From a virus (lineage: Duplodnaviria > Caudoviricetes): a DNA stretch of 42,023 nucleotides. Within the stretch, counting starts at the first letter, position 1. Each line of letters starts with the position of its first letter. A program made the translations under genes and the position numbers. Positions 9,851-19,038 of the stretch are shown piece by piece. Below the pieces are notes generated by a model. That model was given only the letters and a program-made list of their open reading frames with translations. It was not told where the DNA came from and searched no databases. The DNA lies in IMG/VR virus record IMGVR_UViG_3300032332_000812, positions 1 to 42,023 of that record, one strand, 5' to 3'.

Positions 9851-10438
9851 ATGAAATCGTTGACCCAATACATGTACGAAACACAGAAAATCTTTGAGTT
9901 CCGTATCAAGTTGGCCGCAATTGATGTGGACGCTGACTGCATAGATCGTTTAAAATTTGCATTGAACACATACGTGATTGAAAGCATTGGAAAGCCCAAG
10001 CGCCTGCCAATTCAAGCACATACTGATTTCCCTGCATTGGGTCCATGTGAGTGCCATATCTTTGATGTAGCACTAAAGTACCCAGTGGTAACAGACCAAT
10101 TGATGCAGATCATTGCCGAACGTGCTCGTATAGACAAGGCACATTTGAGTGTGCGTACCTTGCACGAGATTGAAAGCACAGACAGTGCCGAAGCATTGGG
10201 CAAGGATCACACCGGTGCTTATCTCGAAGAGCCCGAATTAAAAGACGTCCCAGGAGCTCAAGAACTCGTAGGACAGAATCGCTTGAGCGGTATGATTAAA
10301 GGTCTAGAAACACGCAAATTTGAAATGGCTGCCAAAGAAAAAACCAGCAGCCAAACAACAAATGATATTGAACCTGGTAAAGTAAGCCCAGTAGGTAGTC
10401 GACAGAATGCGATTCCCAGTCCAGTTAAAGGAAAATAA
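9851..10438 (+). CDS. Hypothetical late protein with capsid-targeting-like N-terminus
   Basis: MKSLTQYMYE; late promoter TAAATA at 9826 and AGGA RBS. Confidence 0.7.
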   Translation: MKSLTQYMYETQKIFEFRIKLAAIDVDADCIDRLKFALNTYVIESIGKPKRLPIQAHTDFPALGPCECHIFDVALKYPVVTDQLMQIIAERARIDKAHLSVRTLHEIESTDSAEALGKDHTGAYLEEPELKDVPGAQELVGQNRLSGMIKGLETRKFEMAAKEKTSSQTTNDIEPGKVSPVGSRQNAIPSPVKGK

Positions 10439-10439
10439 A

Positions 10440-12650
10440 ATGGATTTACAATCATTGATTGCCAAGATGACTGCTATCGAAAACAGCTCACTGACTGAGG
10501 GTGGCATTGTTGATCCAGTTGGTGAAATACGTCCCGGTTACTTTACCAACCCGCCAGTTAGGCCAACCAAAAAGCCCGAAGTAAAACGACTGGAAAAACC
10601 ACTAGACGACAAAAAAGAAACTGACAAAGAAGATCCTGTATCAGAAGATGAAGTCGAAGAAGGCTGGAAAGAAAAAGCTGGCGCTGTTGCACTGGCAGGT
10701 GCTGCTGCACTGGGTGCTGCTGCGCCAGCACATGCAGACGGTTGGGATGATATAATGCGTCCTGTTAATCAAGTGTATCAAGCACAGCGCGATATCAACA
10801 ACGTAGGCCGTAATGTTGGATTAGAGGTCAGCAAGGATGTAGATCGTGCCGGCAGGGATCTGCAAAAAATTCCATTTTTTGGAATTGATAAATTTGGTAA
10901 ACAGATGCGCGGCAACTATCCATACGGCGCTCATCCTGAGCCCGACCGTAGTCCCGATGCCGGGCAACGTCAAGGTCAAAATGCTGCCCGCAATGCAGAT
11001 CTACAAGGATCAGAAGCCGCAGCCGGTTACGGAGTAAATAACAATAGAGGTTACAAGCCTTATAGAATTAACAATTTTGAAAGCAAAAATATGTCTAAAG
11101 AACAAAAATGCAACGAGTGTGGTATGTACGAAAGCAAATGCAGTTGCCCCGATGAATTGGCAGAAATGCTAAAACTGTCTGGCCTAATGAAGCCATATGT
11201 TGCAGAAGCTAAAAAGAAAAAGCCTGACGCCAATAAAGATGGTATCCCTGACTATGCCCAAGACGGCAAAGGTAAAATGGAAGAAGGTAAAAAAGTTGAC
11301 GAGGCCGATGTCGAAGAAGGCAACGAGTTCAGTGGCGAACTAGCCAAAGCTAAATCATCCGGTCAGAAAGAATTTGAAGTAGATGGCAAAAAGTATAAAG
11401 TCAAAGAAGCTACTAGTGCTGATTTAATGAAGCGTTGGGCAGGTATCTTTGAAGCTGAAGAAAAATGTGCCGACTGCGGCGAAGTGCATACCGGTGACTG
11501 TGCAGAAGACACCAAAGAAAAAGTTGATGAAGTCAAAATGGCTGATCTACCCAGTAGAACAGTCAAAGGCAAGTCCTACGGCAATCAAGACGATTATGAA
11601 AAGCCACCAGAAGACAAGCGTCGTCCTGCAAAAACAATGCCGTTGAAAAAAGACAAGAAGCCATTGGGTGAGGCCATGGAGGAGTGCATGGACGGTGGCG
11701 AAGGTGGTATGGACGATAACTTCAGTATCAACAGCAGCATGGACAGCAGCGGTCACAAGAGCGTGAGCATTACTGCCAGCGGCAGCAAAGCTGATGAACT
11801 AACAAACATACTTAGAAATGCTGGCCTAGGCGTCATGGGCAGTAGTGATCATGCAGAACCAGATGCAGACAACATGGGCGGAATGGACGACATGGACGGT
11901 GATGTTGAAGTGGTATCAGTTCCTCTTGCACAGCATGATGGATACCAAGCGCCCGAGCATGAAGAAGAAATGGACGAAGCAGCCAAGTATCGTGACCCTA
12001 AATACAAAGACCAATTGTACACACAGGAACCACTAGACCACACGTTTGGTCCTGACATGGATGATGCCTACTATAATGACTATCCCGATGACTATGCCGG
12101 AAGAAAACGCCCAATGCACAGCGGCACCGGTGATCCATTAGAAAAATGGCATCGTATGTCGGCCAAAAATAGTATAAACACTCAGGGCAAGAGAGCAGGA
12201 CTACCATCAAGAGATCAAATTACCAGTTTGAAACAAAGTATTAAAAATGTTCACGGTCAACATGCAAGACCTAATTTGCCAGAGGAAGCCGACGAAGGCT
12301 ACCGCAATGAACCACATGCTCAGGTACAGTCTGTGAGCGCTCAGATGCGTCAAGGCAATGATTTAAATCGCGAAAAAGACATGCACAAGCACAGCTATCG
12401 CCAAGGCGACAACCCCATGGCCATGGAAGATCAGCGGGCAGCAGCACGGTTGGAAAAAGAATTGATGGAAGAACTATCTTCTCTCAAAGTTGTAAGCGAA
12501 AAGTATACAGGTTTTAATAAGACTGTGGGTGCTTTGAAGAAACAAGGTGGTGTTAAGGATCCAGACGCCCTGGCAGCATCAATTGGTCGTAAAAAATACG
12601 GTAAAGACAAATTCCAAAAGGCAGCTGCCGCAGGTAAAAAGTTAGGTTAA
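10440..12650 (+). CDS. Large acidic low-complexity protein, putative internal head/core protein
   Basis: Start moved to ATG 10440 (AAGGA RBS); many (L/V/M)xE motifs like gp21 protease sites; modular short motifs. Confidence 0.7.
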   Translation: MDLQSLIAKMTAIENSSLTEGGIVDPVGEIRPGYFTNPPVRPTKKPEVKRLEKPLDDKKETDKEDPVSEDEVEEGWKEKAGAVALAGAAALGAAAPAHADGWDDIMRPVNQVYQAQRDINNVGRNVGLEVSKDVDRAGRDLQKIPFFGIDKFGKQMRGNYPYGAHPEPDRSPDAGQRQGQNAARNADLQGSEAAAGYGVNNNRGYKPYRINNFESKNMSKEQKCNECGMYESKCSCPDELAEMLKLSGLMKPYVAEAKKKKPDANKDGIPDYAQDGKGKMEEGKKVDEADVEEGNEFSGELAKAKSSGQKEFEVDGKKYKVKEATSADLMKRWAGIFEAEEKCADCGEVHTGDCAEDTKEKVDEVKMADLPSRTVKGKSYGNQDDYEKPPEDKRRPAKTMPLKKDKKPLGEAMEECMDGGEGGMDDNFSINSSMDSSGHKSVSITASGSKADELTNILRNAGLGVMGSSDHAEPDADNMGGMDDMDGDVEVVSVPLAQHDGYQAPEHEEEMDEAAKYRDPKYKDQLYTQEPLDHTFGPDMDDAYYNDYPDDYAGRKRPMHSGTGDPLEKWHRMSAKNSINTQGKRAGLPSRDQITSLKQSIKNVHGQHARPNLPEEADEGYRNEPHAQVQSVSAQMRQGNDLNREKDMHKHSYRQGDNPMAMEDQRAAARLEKELMEELSSLKVVSEKYTGFNKTVGALKKQGGVKDPDALAASIGRKKYGKDKFQKAAAAGKKLG

Positions 12651-12652
12651 TC

Positions 12653-13537
12653 ATGAAAAGTTTAAAAGACTACATTGTTGAAACTGAGACCCAACGGGTA
12701 ACTGAAGGGTTACTTGATTGGGCCAAGAAGATCTTTACCCCCAAGGATCCTTCACCACAGACCCCTATCACTGCTGCAGATATTGATGCTGGAATGAAAG
12801 ACCCTGAGTTTGTTGCACAGGTAGAAAGTGCCGCAGCAGCATTGGGTATTGCACCTGCGCAATTGGTAGCACAATTAAAACAACAAGTTGGGCCAGCACC
12901 AGCACCGGCAGCACCAGCAGCAGCACCAGCAGCAGCACCAGCAGCAGCACCAGCAGCAGCACCAGCAGCAGCACCAGCAGCACCAGCACCAGTTGCTGAG
13001 AGCGCAGAGCACGACTCTGGTGGCACTTTTGAACATATCTGTAACACATTCAAGCGTGATGTTAAGGATTTCCAAACCATGGGAGCCATGAGCGAGCACC
13101 TGTATGATGCGCTGTATGACTACTACTTTGATGACATGCCATATGGTGTTAAGAAAGCTCGCAGCGGAGATCCCTACGAGTGGATTGGTAATCGCTTTGC
13201 AGATGATTTAGGTGGTCACTTTGGCAGCGGCATTGCTGAAATGGTAAAGTTGGCTGGATTGCCAACAGTACAGGACGAAGGTATCGAAGACGAGCCGGCA
13301 TTCTTGCGCAAAGGTAAAGCCGGCATAGGTAACTTTCCAGCGCCTATCCTGCCACGACCAGAAGCCAAAATCAAATTTGGATCTTCGCTGCGCCCAGAAA
13401 ACATTCCAGCTGTGAACCGTGCAGGCCCGGTTAGTTTAGATCAAGTTCGTGACAACAGCGACAAGATGAGTGATCTAGCCACCCTGCGCCGCATGGCCGG
13501 TCTGCCTGACCGTCCTGCGCACGGATCTCCACTGTAA
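12653..13537 (+). CDS. Putative internal head protein with PAAA linker
   Basis: MKSLKDYIVE N-terminus; VTE, VAE, IAE sites; two (L/M)AGL motifs. Confidence 0.7.
   Translation: MKSLKDYIVETETQRVTEGLLDWAKKIFTPKDPSPQTPITAADIDAGMKDPEFVAQVESAAAALGIAPAQLVAQLKQQVGPAPAPAAPAAAPAAAPAAAPAAAPAAAPAAPAPVAESAEHDSGGTFEHICNTFKRDVKDFQTMGAMSEHLYDALYDYYFDDMPYGVKKARSGDPYEWIGNRFADDLGGHFGSGIAEMVKLAGLPTVQDEGIEDEPAFLRKGKAGIGNFPAPILPRPEAKIKFGSSLRPENIPAVNRAGPVSLDQVRDNSDKMSDLATLRRMAGLPDRPAHGSPL
12893..12991 (+). repeat. Tandem 12-bp coding repeat (GCACCAGCAGCA)n encoding (PAAA)n
   Basis: Directly visible; it explains the spurious poly-Q, poly-C and poly-L ORFs in other frames. Confidence 0.9.
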
Positions 13538-13926
13538 TGAAATCGCGTGAGTTTATTACTGAACTGAGCGTCAAGCCAGCTGGCAAGCTGCATCCACATG
13601 TAGACGACGCTCACCAAGGTTCTATACTCATGCGCGACCAGGGAGGATACGATCGCACATACCATTTGAATCGTATCATGATGGCTGCTGCCATCGCCGA
13701 TGGACAAAGTAAAAATCCTGTTAGCATGGATGCCAGTAGTTTCGTTGAAAAATACAACGTAGCTTTTCCCTATACGGACGAAGAGCACCTGATGGTGTTC
13801 CAGGCCATGGCCACTATTCCCACTGACGGTGCCGAATTATCAAAACGTGCCAAGAGCAAAGAACCTGACGATACCAATAAAACCAGCCCTATGGTCAAGC
13901 GCAAGCCCAACCAATACGGAGTTTGA
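13537..13926 (+). CDS. Hypothetical late protein with capsid-targeting-like N-terminus
   Basis: MKSREFITE; start overlaps the upstream stop (TAATG). Confidence 0.7.
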   Translation: MKSREFITELSVKPAGKLHPHVDDAHQGSILMRDQGGYDRTYHLNRIMMAAAIADGQSKNPVSMDASSFVEKYNVAFPYTDEEHLMVFQAMATIPTDGAELSKRAKSKEPDDTNKTSPMVKRKPNQYGV

Positions 13927-13927
13927 C

Positions 13928-14245
13928 ATGAAAATGATGCGGGTCACTGCGGCCATGTTCAACGAACAAGAGCCAGAGATACCAGATGCAGTACTGAGCG
14001 AAAGCGACCCTATACAGAATCTCAAGCGCATGGCTGGATTGCCAACCGACAATCACAGCGCAGACGATTCGGGCAGAATGAGTCCAGTGGGCAACATAGC
14101 TGGCCCCAGCAACAAACAGCGTCGCGAGCTGGAAAGAGAATATGATATAAAAACCGGAACCCCTGAATGGTTCCGGTTATGGTTCGCCAAGCCGGACCTC
14201 ACTGGCGAAGAGCCAGTGGATCCCAAGACTAAACCCAGCCGTTGA
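13928..14245 (+). CDS. Hypothetical protein
   Basis: ATG 13928 just after the upstream stop; LKRMAGL motif; IKTGTPEWFRLWF. Confidence 0.65.
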   Translation: MKMMRVTAAMFNEQEPEIPDAVLSESDPIQNLKRMAGLPTDNHSADDSGRMSPVGNIAGPSNKQRRELEREYDIKTGTPEWFRLWFAKPDLTGEEPVDPKTKPSR

Positions 14246-14768
14246 CTGCGGCGTCACCAATACCCAAGTACTTGTTCCAGGTTGGGTGACCAATATGGAA
14301 TGTACAATTGCGCCACTGCCCAATTAGATTGTAGTAATCCGGCTTGAATGGTGCTCGTAATGGCTTCTGCAACTTGCTGCCTTTGTGGTGGTTACAGGGC
14401 TTACAAGCAGTTACACTATTTTCCCAAACAGTCTTACCACCACTGCTGCGCGGAATCACGTGGTCCAGTGTTAGATCGTTGGTATTGAATGTTTCTGCAC
14501 AGTATTGGCATTGGTACAGGTCGCGCAGGAACAGATTGGCCCTGCTGAACTTGACAGCCTTTTTGTAGTTAAAGTATTCCTTGGTAACACACACGCTGGG
14601 CATTTCAATCGTGAGGTGCTCGCTTCGTATTTGACGATCTGGGTAGGTTTCAATTACTGTGACTCTATCCAAAAACATAAGTTTAACGGCATGTTGCCAG
14701 CTAACTACGCTGAGTGGTAGGATTGAAATAGGATTGAAATCGCTGTTGAGTAAGAGAGTCTGTGACAT
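14229..14768 (-). CDS. HNH endonuclease (McrA-like)
   Basis: LLLNSDF.P, RANLFLRDLYQCQYC, LTLDHVIPRSSGG..WENSVTACKPCNHHKG; TAAATA 5 nt before ATG 14768. Confidence 0.9.
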   Translation of the reverse strand: MSQTLLLNSDFNPISILPLSVVSWQHAVKLMFLDRVTVIETYPDRQIRSEHLTIEMPSVCVTKEYFNYKKAVKFSRANLFLRDLYQCQYCAETFNTNDLTLDHVIPRSSGGKTVWENSVTACKPCNHHKGSKLQKPLRAPFKPDYYNLIGQWRNCTFHIGHPTWNKYLGIGDAAVNGWV

Positions 14769-14824
14769 AAGTATATTTAACAAAGAAATCTGATTGATTT
14801 TAACATATTATAAGACTATTGTCA

Positions 14825-16390
14825 ATGGCTAAACCATTAGAAAACGTACTGGTTAAGAAACCCAATCGGGCCGAAACCTACACTGAACAACAGGTACTGG
14901 AAGTACTCAAGTGCTCGGATCCGGTCACAGGCCCGCAGTATTTTCTTGAAAACTTCTTCTACATCCAGCATCCCACACGCGGCGGCATTAGATATGTGCC
15001 CTACGAATATCAGAAGCGTCTAGTAGACTCTTACCATAGTTACAGATACAGCATCAATTTGATGCCACGTCAAACCGGTAAATCAACCACAGCAGCCGGC
15101 TACCTGTTGTGGTATGCCATGTTTGTGCCCGACAGTACCATCTTGGTAGCAGCACACAAGTACACCGGCTCACAAGAAATCATGCAGCGTATTCGTTATG
15201 CATACGAATCGGTGCCAGATCACATACGTGCAGGTGCAGTGGACTACAACAAGGGCAGCCTGGTATTTGACAACGGCAGCCGTATTGTCAGTGCCACCAC
15301 TACTGAAAATACCGGTCGTGGTATGAGTATATCACTCTTGTACATGGATGAGTTTGCGTTCGTTCGTCCCACTATTGCTAAAGAATTCTGGACCAGTATT
15401 AGTCCCACCCTGGCCACTGGTGGTAAGTGTATTATTACCAGTACCCCCAATAGTGACGAAGACCAATTCAGTGAGATTTGGCACAAGGCCAACAAGTGCG
15501 TGGATGCTCATGGTAACCCTACTGAATTGGGACAAAACGGTTTCAAGGCATTCCGCAGCTATTGGGAAGAGCATCCGGATCGCGACGAGAAATGGGAATC
15601 GGAACAGCGCAGTCAACTGGGCGAAGAACGCTTTGAGCGTGAGATGAACTGCAAGTTCTTGATCTTTGATGAGACCTTGATCAATTCTTTCTGCTTGGCT
15701 CAACTTGAAGGTGTGGATCCCGTATACAAGCAAGGTCAGGTACGCTGGTTTAAAAAACCCAAAGCTGGGCATCAGTATCTTATTGGCCTAGATCCCAGCC
15801 TGGGCACCGGTGGCGACCCAGCTGCTATACAGGTATTAGAGTTACCCAGCTGCATACAGGTGGCCGAGTGGCAACATAACAAAACCAAAATACAGCAGCA
15901 GGTATCTATTCTTAAAGAAATATGTCAGTTCATATACGACGAAATACGAACAGAAACAGACATCTACTACAGCGTGGAGAACAACACACTAGGCGAAGCT
16001 GCACTGATCACTATTTCGGAGATGGGCGAAGAAAACATACGCGGCAATTTCATGAGCGAGCCGGCCCGGGCCGGACACAGTCGTGCATATCGTAAAGGCT
16101 TTACCACTACCAACAAAACCAAGCTGGCAGTATGTGCCAAGTTCAAAAACATGCTGGAAACTAAAAAATTGACTATCAACAGCAGCAACACCATCAGCGA
16201 ACTTAAAACATTCGTAGCAGCCGGATCCGGTTATGCCGCCAAAATAGGCGAAACAGACGACTTAGTCATGTCTTTATTGCTGACTGTGCGCATGATTTCG
16301 GTCCTGCAGAACTATGATCCCAATTTGGATGCTAGACTGCGTGAAACCGGCGACGACCTCATAATGCCTATGCCGTTTGTTATGATTTAA
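14825..16390 (+). CDS. terL: Terminase large subunit (gp17-like)
   Basis: YQK Q-motif, PRQTGKST Walker A, LLYMDEFAF Walker B, ITSTPN, RNase H-like GLDPS and DDLVMS. Confidence 0.96.
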   Translation: MAKPLENVLVKKPNRAETYTEQQVLEVLKCSDPVTGPQYFLENFFYIQHPTRGGIRYVPYEYQKRLVDSYHSYRYSINLMPRQTGKSTTAAGYLLWYAMFVPDSTILVAAHKYTGSQEIMQRIRYAYESVPDHIRAGAVDYNKGSLVFDNGSRIVSATTTENTGRGMSISLLYMDEFAFVRPTIAKEFWTSISPTLATGGKCIITSTPNSDEDQFSEIWHKANKCVDAHGNPTELGQNGFKAFRSYWEEHPDRDEKWESEQRSQLGEERFEREMNCKFLIFDETLINSFCLAQLEGVDPVYKQGQVRWFKKPKAGHQYLIGLDPSLGTGGDPAAIQVLELPSCIQVAEWQHNKTKIQQQVSILKEICQFIYDEIRTETDIYYSVENNTLGEAALITISEMGEENIRGNFMSEPARAGHSRAYRKGFTTTNKTKLAVCAKFKNMLETKKLTINSSNTISELKTFVAAGSGYAAKIGETDDLVMSLLLTVRMISVLQNYDPNLDARLRETGDDLIMPMPFVMI

Positions 16391-16403
16391 GATAAATATT
16401 CTT

Positions 16404-17879
16404 ATGCGTGAACTAAACAAAATATCCCAAGACCTTTTTGACCTGATCAGGTCGAGATTTGAACATGTCAGCATTGGTGACGAATCCGGAGAGAGCACAG
16501 ACAATCCTGAAGATGCCAGATTCTTCAACTTTGACTATGTGACTCATGACGGTAAAAATTACGGCAACATCACCATGACCCTGGTAGATGATTCGGCTCT
16601 CAAGATATTGTTCAGCAAAAAGATCACAAACGATCTTGAACCGGATGAAAAAGCCAATTGGTACCAATTCCTTAAGAATCTACGTGGCTTTGCCAAACGC
16701 AATATGCTGCGCTTTGATGTGCGGGATATCACTCGCAATAACCTGCAGGTCAGGGATTTGAAACATGTGAGCCAAGTCAGCGGTGCTATGGATGCAGATG
16801 ACTTGACCGAAAGCCGTATGTTTGGAAACACTCGCAACAGCTATCAAGACATCGGTGCAGTTAAATTACTGGTACGCCACACCGGACATATCAATCTCGA
16901 AGAACACGGCGCCAGAACACGCAACATCGACAGTATCTTTGTTGAGACCCAACTTGGTGAAAGGTTCTTGTTGCCTTTCAAACGCTTGCCGGAAGCTAGA
17001 GCAATGGCACGGCATATATCCAACGGCGGCATCATACAGGACGAGATTGGGCAGCACATAGTGGAAACTGTGAACGAAATGAGCAGCATGCGTGTGTTTG
17101 TTCGCAACATGAAGCATAGAGTATTTGAAGATGCAGAAACCAGCATGATGGTAGAAGCAGCCATAGAACGCTATACTGAGTTACGCACCAACTTGGTACA
17201 CATGAGCGGACAACAAGGTTATCGCCGTGTACAAGAAACTCTAAAAACACAGACTCCCACTATCATGGAAGATGAGTTTGACCTGGATCAACTCAAAGAG
17301 CGCTTTGTTAAGAAAGTATTTGATGATCGACTAAGTGAAGCATTGCCGCATGTGTATCGCGCATACCGCAATCGTCAACGTGCCATGGAAAATGCCTACA
17401 TAGCTGAGTTTGACACATGGGCCAATGATATCACTGAAGGCCAATGGGCCTTGCCTGACAGTGACATACGTCAAGAGGACCTAGCAGAAATAATGGGTAA
17501 ACCGTTGGCAGCTGGATCCAACGGAGCAGATGCCATCGCAGCAATTGGGGACATAATTGGATCCGACACGCTGAATGATGAGTTGTATGATTTCGCCAGT
17601 GAACAAGGTCCCGATGCAGATGCTCGCATCGTGGTAATTGATTGGTTGCGGGAAAACAACTACAGCGAACTGGCAGACCAATTTGAAGAAATAATCAATC
17701 CCACCATGGCTGATCCAACACAGCCCAATCCAAATCAATTGACCCCACAGGCCAATGTACCGGGACCACAGAGCCCAACCCGAGCTGCTGATGAAAAGGT
17801 TCCCACAGTGACTCCACCCATGCCGAATGAAAGCATAGACCATATGCTGCGTCTTGCCGGTTTGGTGAAAAAAGTCTAA
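16404..17879 (+). CDS. Hypothetical late protein
   Basis: 491 aa; TAAATA 5 nt before ATG; C-terminal MLRLAGL motif. Confidence 0.75.
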   Translation: MRELNKISQDLFDLIRSRFEHVSIGDESGESTDNPEDARFFNFDYVTHDGKNYGNITMTLVDDSALKILFSKKITNDLEPDEKANWYQFLKNLRGFAKRNMLRFDVRDITRNNLQVRDLKHVSQVSGAMDADDLTESRMFGNTRNSYQDIGAVKLLVRHTGHINLEEHGARTRNIDSIFVETQLGERFLLPFKRLPEARAMARHISNGGIIQDEIGQHIVETVNEMSSMRVFVRNMKHRVFEDAETSMMVEAAIERYTELRTNLVHMSGQQGYRRVQETLKTQTPTIMEDEFDLDQLKERFVKKVFDDRLSEALPHVYRAYRNRQRAMENAYIAEFDTWANDITEGQWALPDSDIRQEDLAEIMGKPLAAGSNGADAIAAIGDIIGSDTLNDELYDFASEQGPDADARIVVIDWLRENNYSELADQFEEIINPTMADPTQPNPNQLTPQANVPGPQSPTRAADEKVPTVTPPMPNESIDHMLRLAGLVKKV

Positions 17880-17977
17880 ATTTCTCTTGCGATCATAAAT
17901 ACATTTGTTATATACTAGCAGGGTGCTAGTGTGTATCTAGGCACATAAAGACCATCTTAATTTATAAAGGAAACATC

Positions 17978-18973
17978 ATGGCAACATCTTTAGCAGAAAT
18001 TCGCGCAAGACTTCAAGCAAACGAAGGCCGTACAGGCAAAACCCAGAACAGTGGTAGTGACAATGCGATCTACGCACACTGGAACATCCCAGAAAATGCA
18101 AGCACCAAAGTAAGGTTCCTCCCGGACGCAGATTCCAAGAACACCTTCTTCTGGATCGAACGTGCAATGATCAAATTGCCGTTTGCAGGCATCAAGGGAC
18201 AATCAGATTCTAAACCGGTTACTATTCAGGTTCCCTGTGTAGAAATGTGGGGCGAAGCTTGCCCGATCCTGGCAGAAGTTCGCGGTTGGTTCAAAGACCC
18301 CGGACTAGAAGATATGGGTCGTAAATATTGGAAGAAGAAGAGTTACTTGTTCCAGGGCTTTGTACGTGAGAACGCACTCAGCGACGATGCTACTCCAGAA
18401 AACCCAATACGTCGTTTTGTGATCAGTCCACAAATCTTCAACATCATCAAGAGCGCACTCATGGACGCCGAGATGGAAGAAATGCCTACTGACTACACAC
18501 GTGGCTTGGACTTTACTATCAGCAAGACCAGCAAAGGTGGCTATGCTGACTACAACACCAGCAAATGGGCACGTAAAGAGACTGCACTGACAGCAAGTGA
18601 ACACGAAGCAGTTGACAAGTTTGGACTGTACAATTTGGCAGACTTCTTGCCCAAGAAGCCCAACGAAACTGAACTCAAGGTCATCAAGGAAATGTTTGAA
18701 GCCAGTGTCAACGGAGAGCCCTATGACGCAGAGCGTTGGGCTGCTTACTACAAGCCATATGGCTTGAAGACCGAAGGCGCCGCCCCAGCAGCCGCAGCAG
18801 CAGCACACGGCGTGACTGAAGACGATATTCCTACATTTACTCGTGCCCCAGCACCAGTAGTAGAGGACGACGAAGATGACGCTCCTGTAGCAGCAGCACC
18901 AGTGGCAGCACCAGCAGGTGGTAACAAAAAGGCCGAAGATATTTTGGCCATGATCCGTAGTCGTCAGAAGTAA
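17978..18973 (+). CDS. Single-stranded DNA-binding protein (gp32-like)
   Basis: VRFLPD, VPCVEMWGEACP, GLDFTISKTSKGGYADYNTSKW; adjacent to UvsX/UvsY. Confidence 0.88.
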   Translation: MATSLAEIRARLQANEGRTGKTQNSGSDNAIYAHWNIPENASTKVRFLPDADSKNTFFWIERAMIKLPFAGIKGQSDSKPVTIQVPCVEMWGEACPILAEVRGWFKDPGLEDMGRKYWKKKSYLFQGFVRENALSDDATPENPIRRFVISPQIFNIIKSALMDAEMEEMPTDYTRGLDFTISKTSKGGYADYNTSKWARKETALTASEHEAVDKFGLYNLADFLPKKPNETELKVIKEMFEASVNGEPYDAERWAAYYKPYGLKTEGAAPAAAAAAHGVTEDDIPTFTRAPAPVVEDDEDDAPVAAAPVAAPAGGNKKAEDILAMIRSRQK

Positions 18974-19038
18974 AAACAAGGCCAGAGCCTCTGCGGATTG
19001 ATCACCGTACGCTCTGGTTATCTATTAGGAGTATAGTC

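Noticed and set aside
12893-12991. Tandem repeat as a CRISPR array
   Set aside because: No unique spacers; in-frame 12-bp coding repeat; no cas genes
12670-13099. Poly-Q/H, poly-C/W and poly-L/V ORFs resembling RiPP precursors or membrane peptides
   Set aside because: They are alternative-frame readings of the (PAAA)n coding repeat
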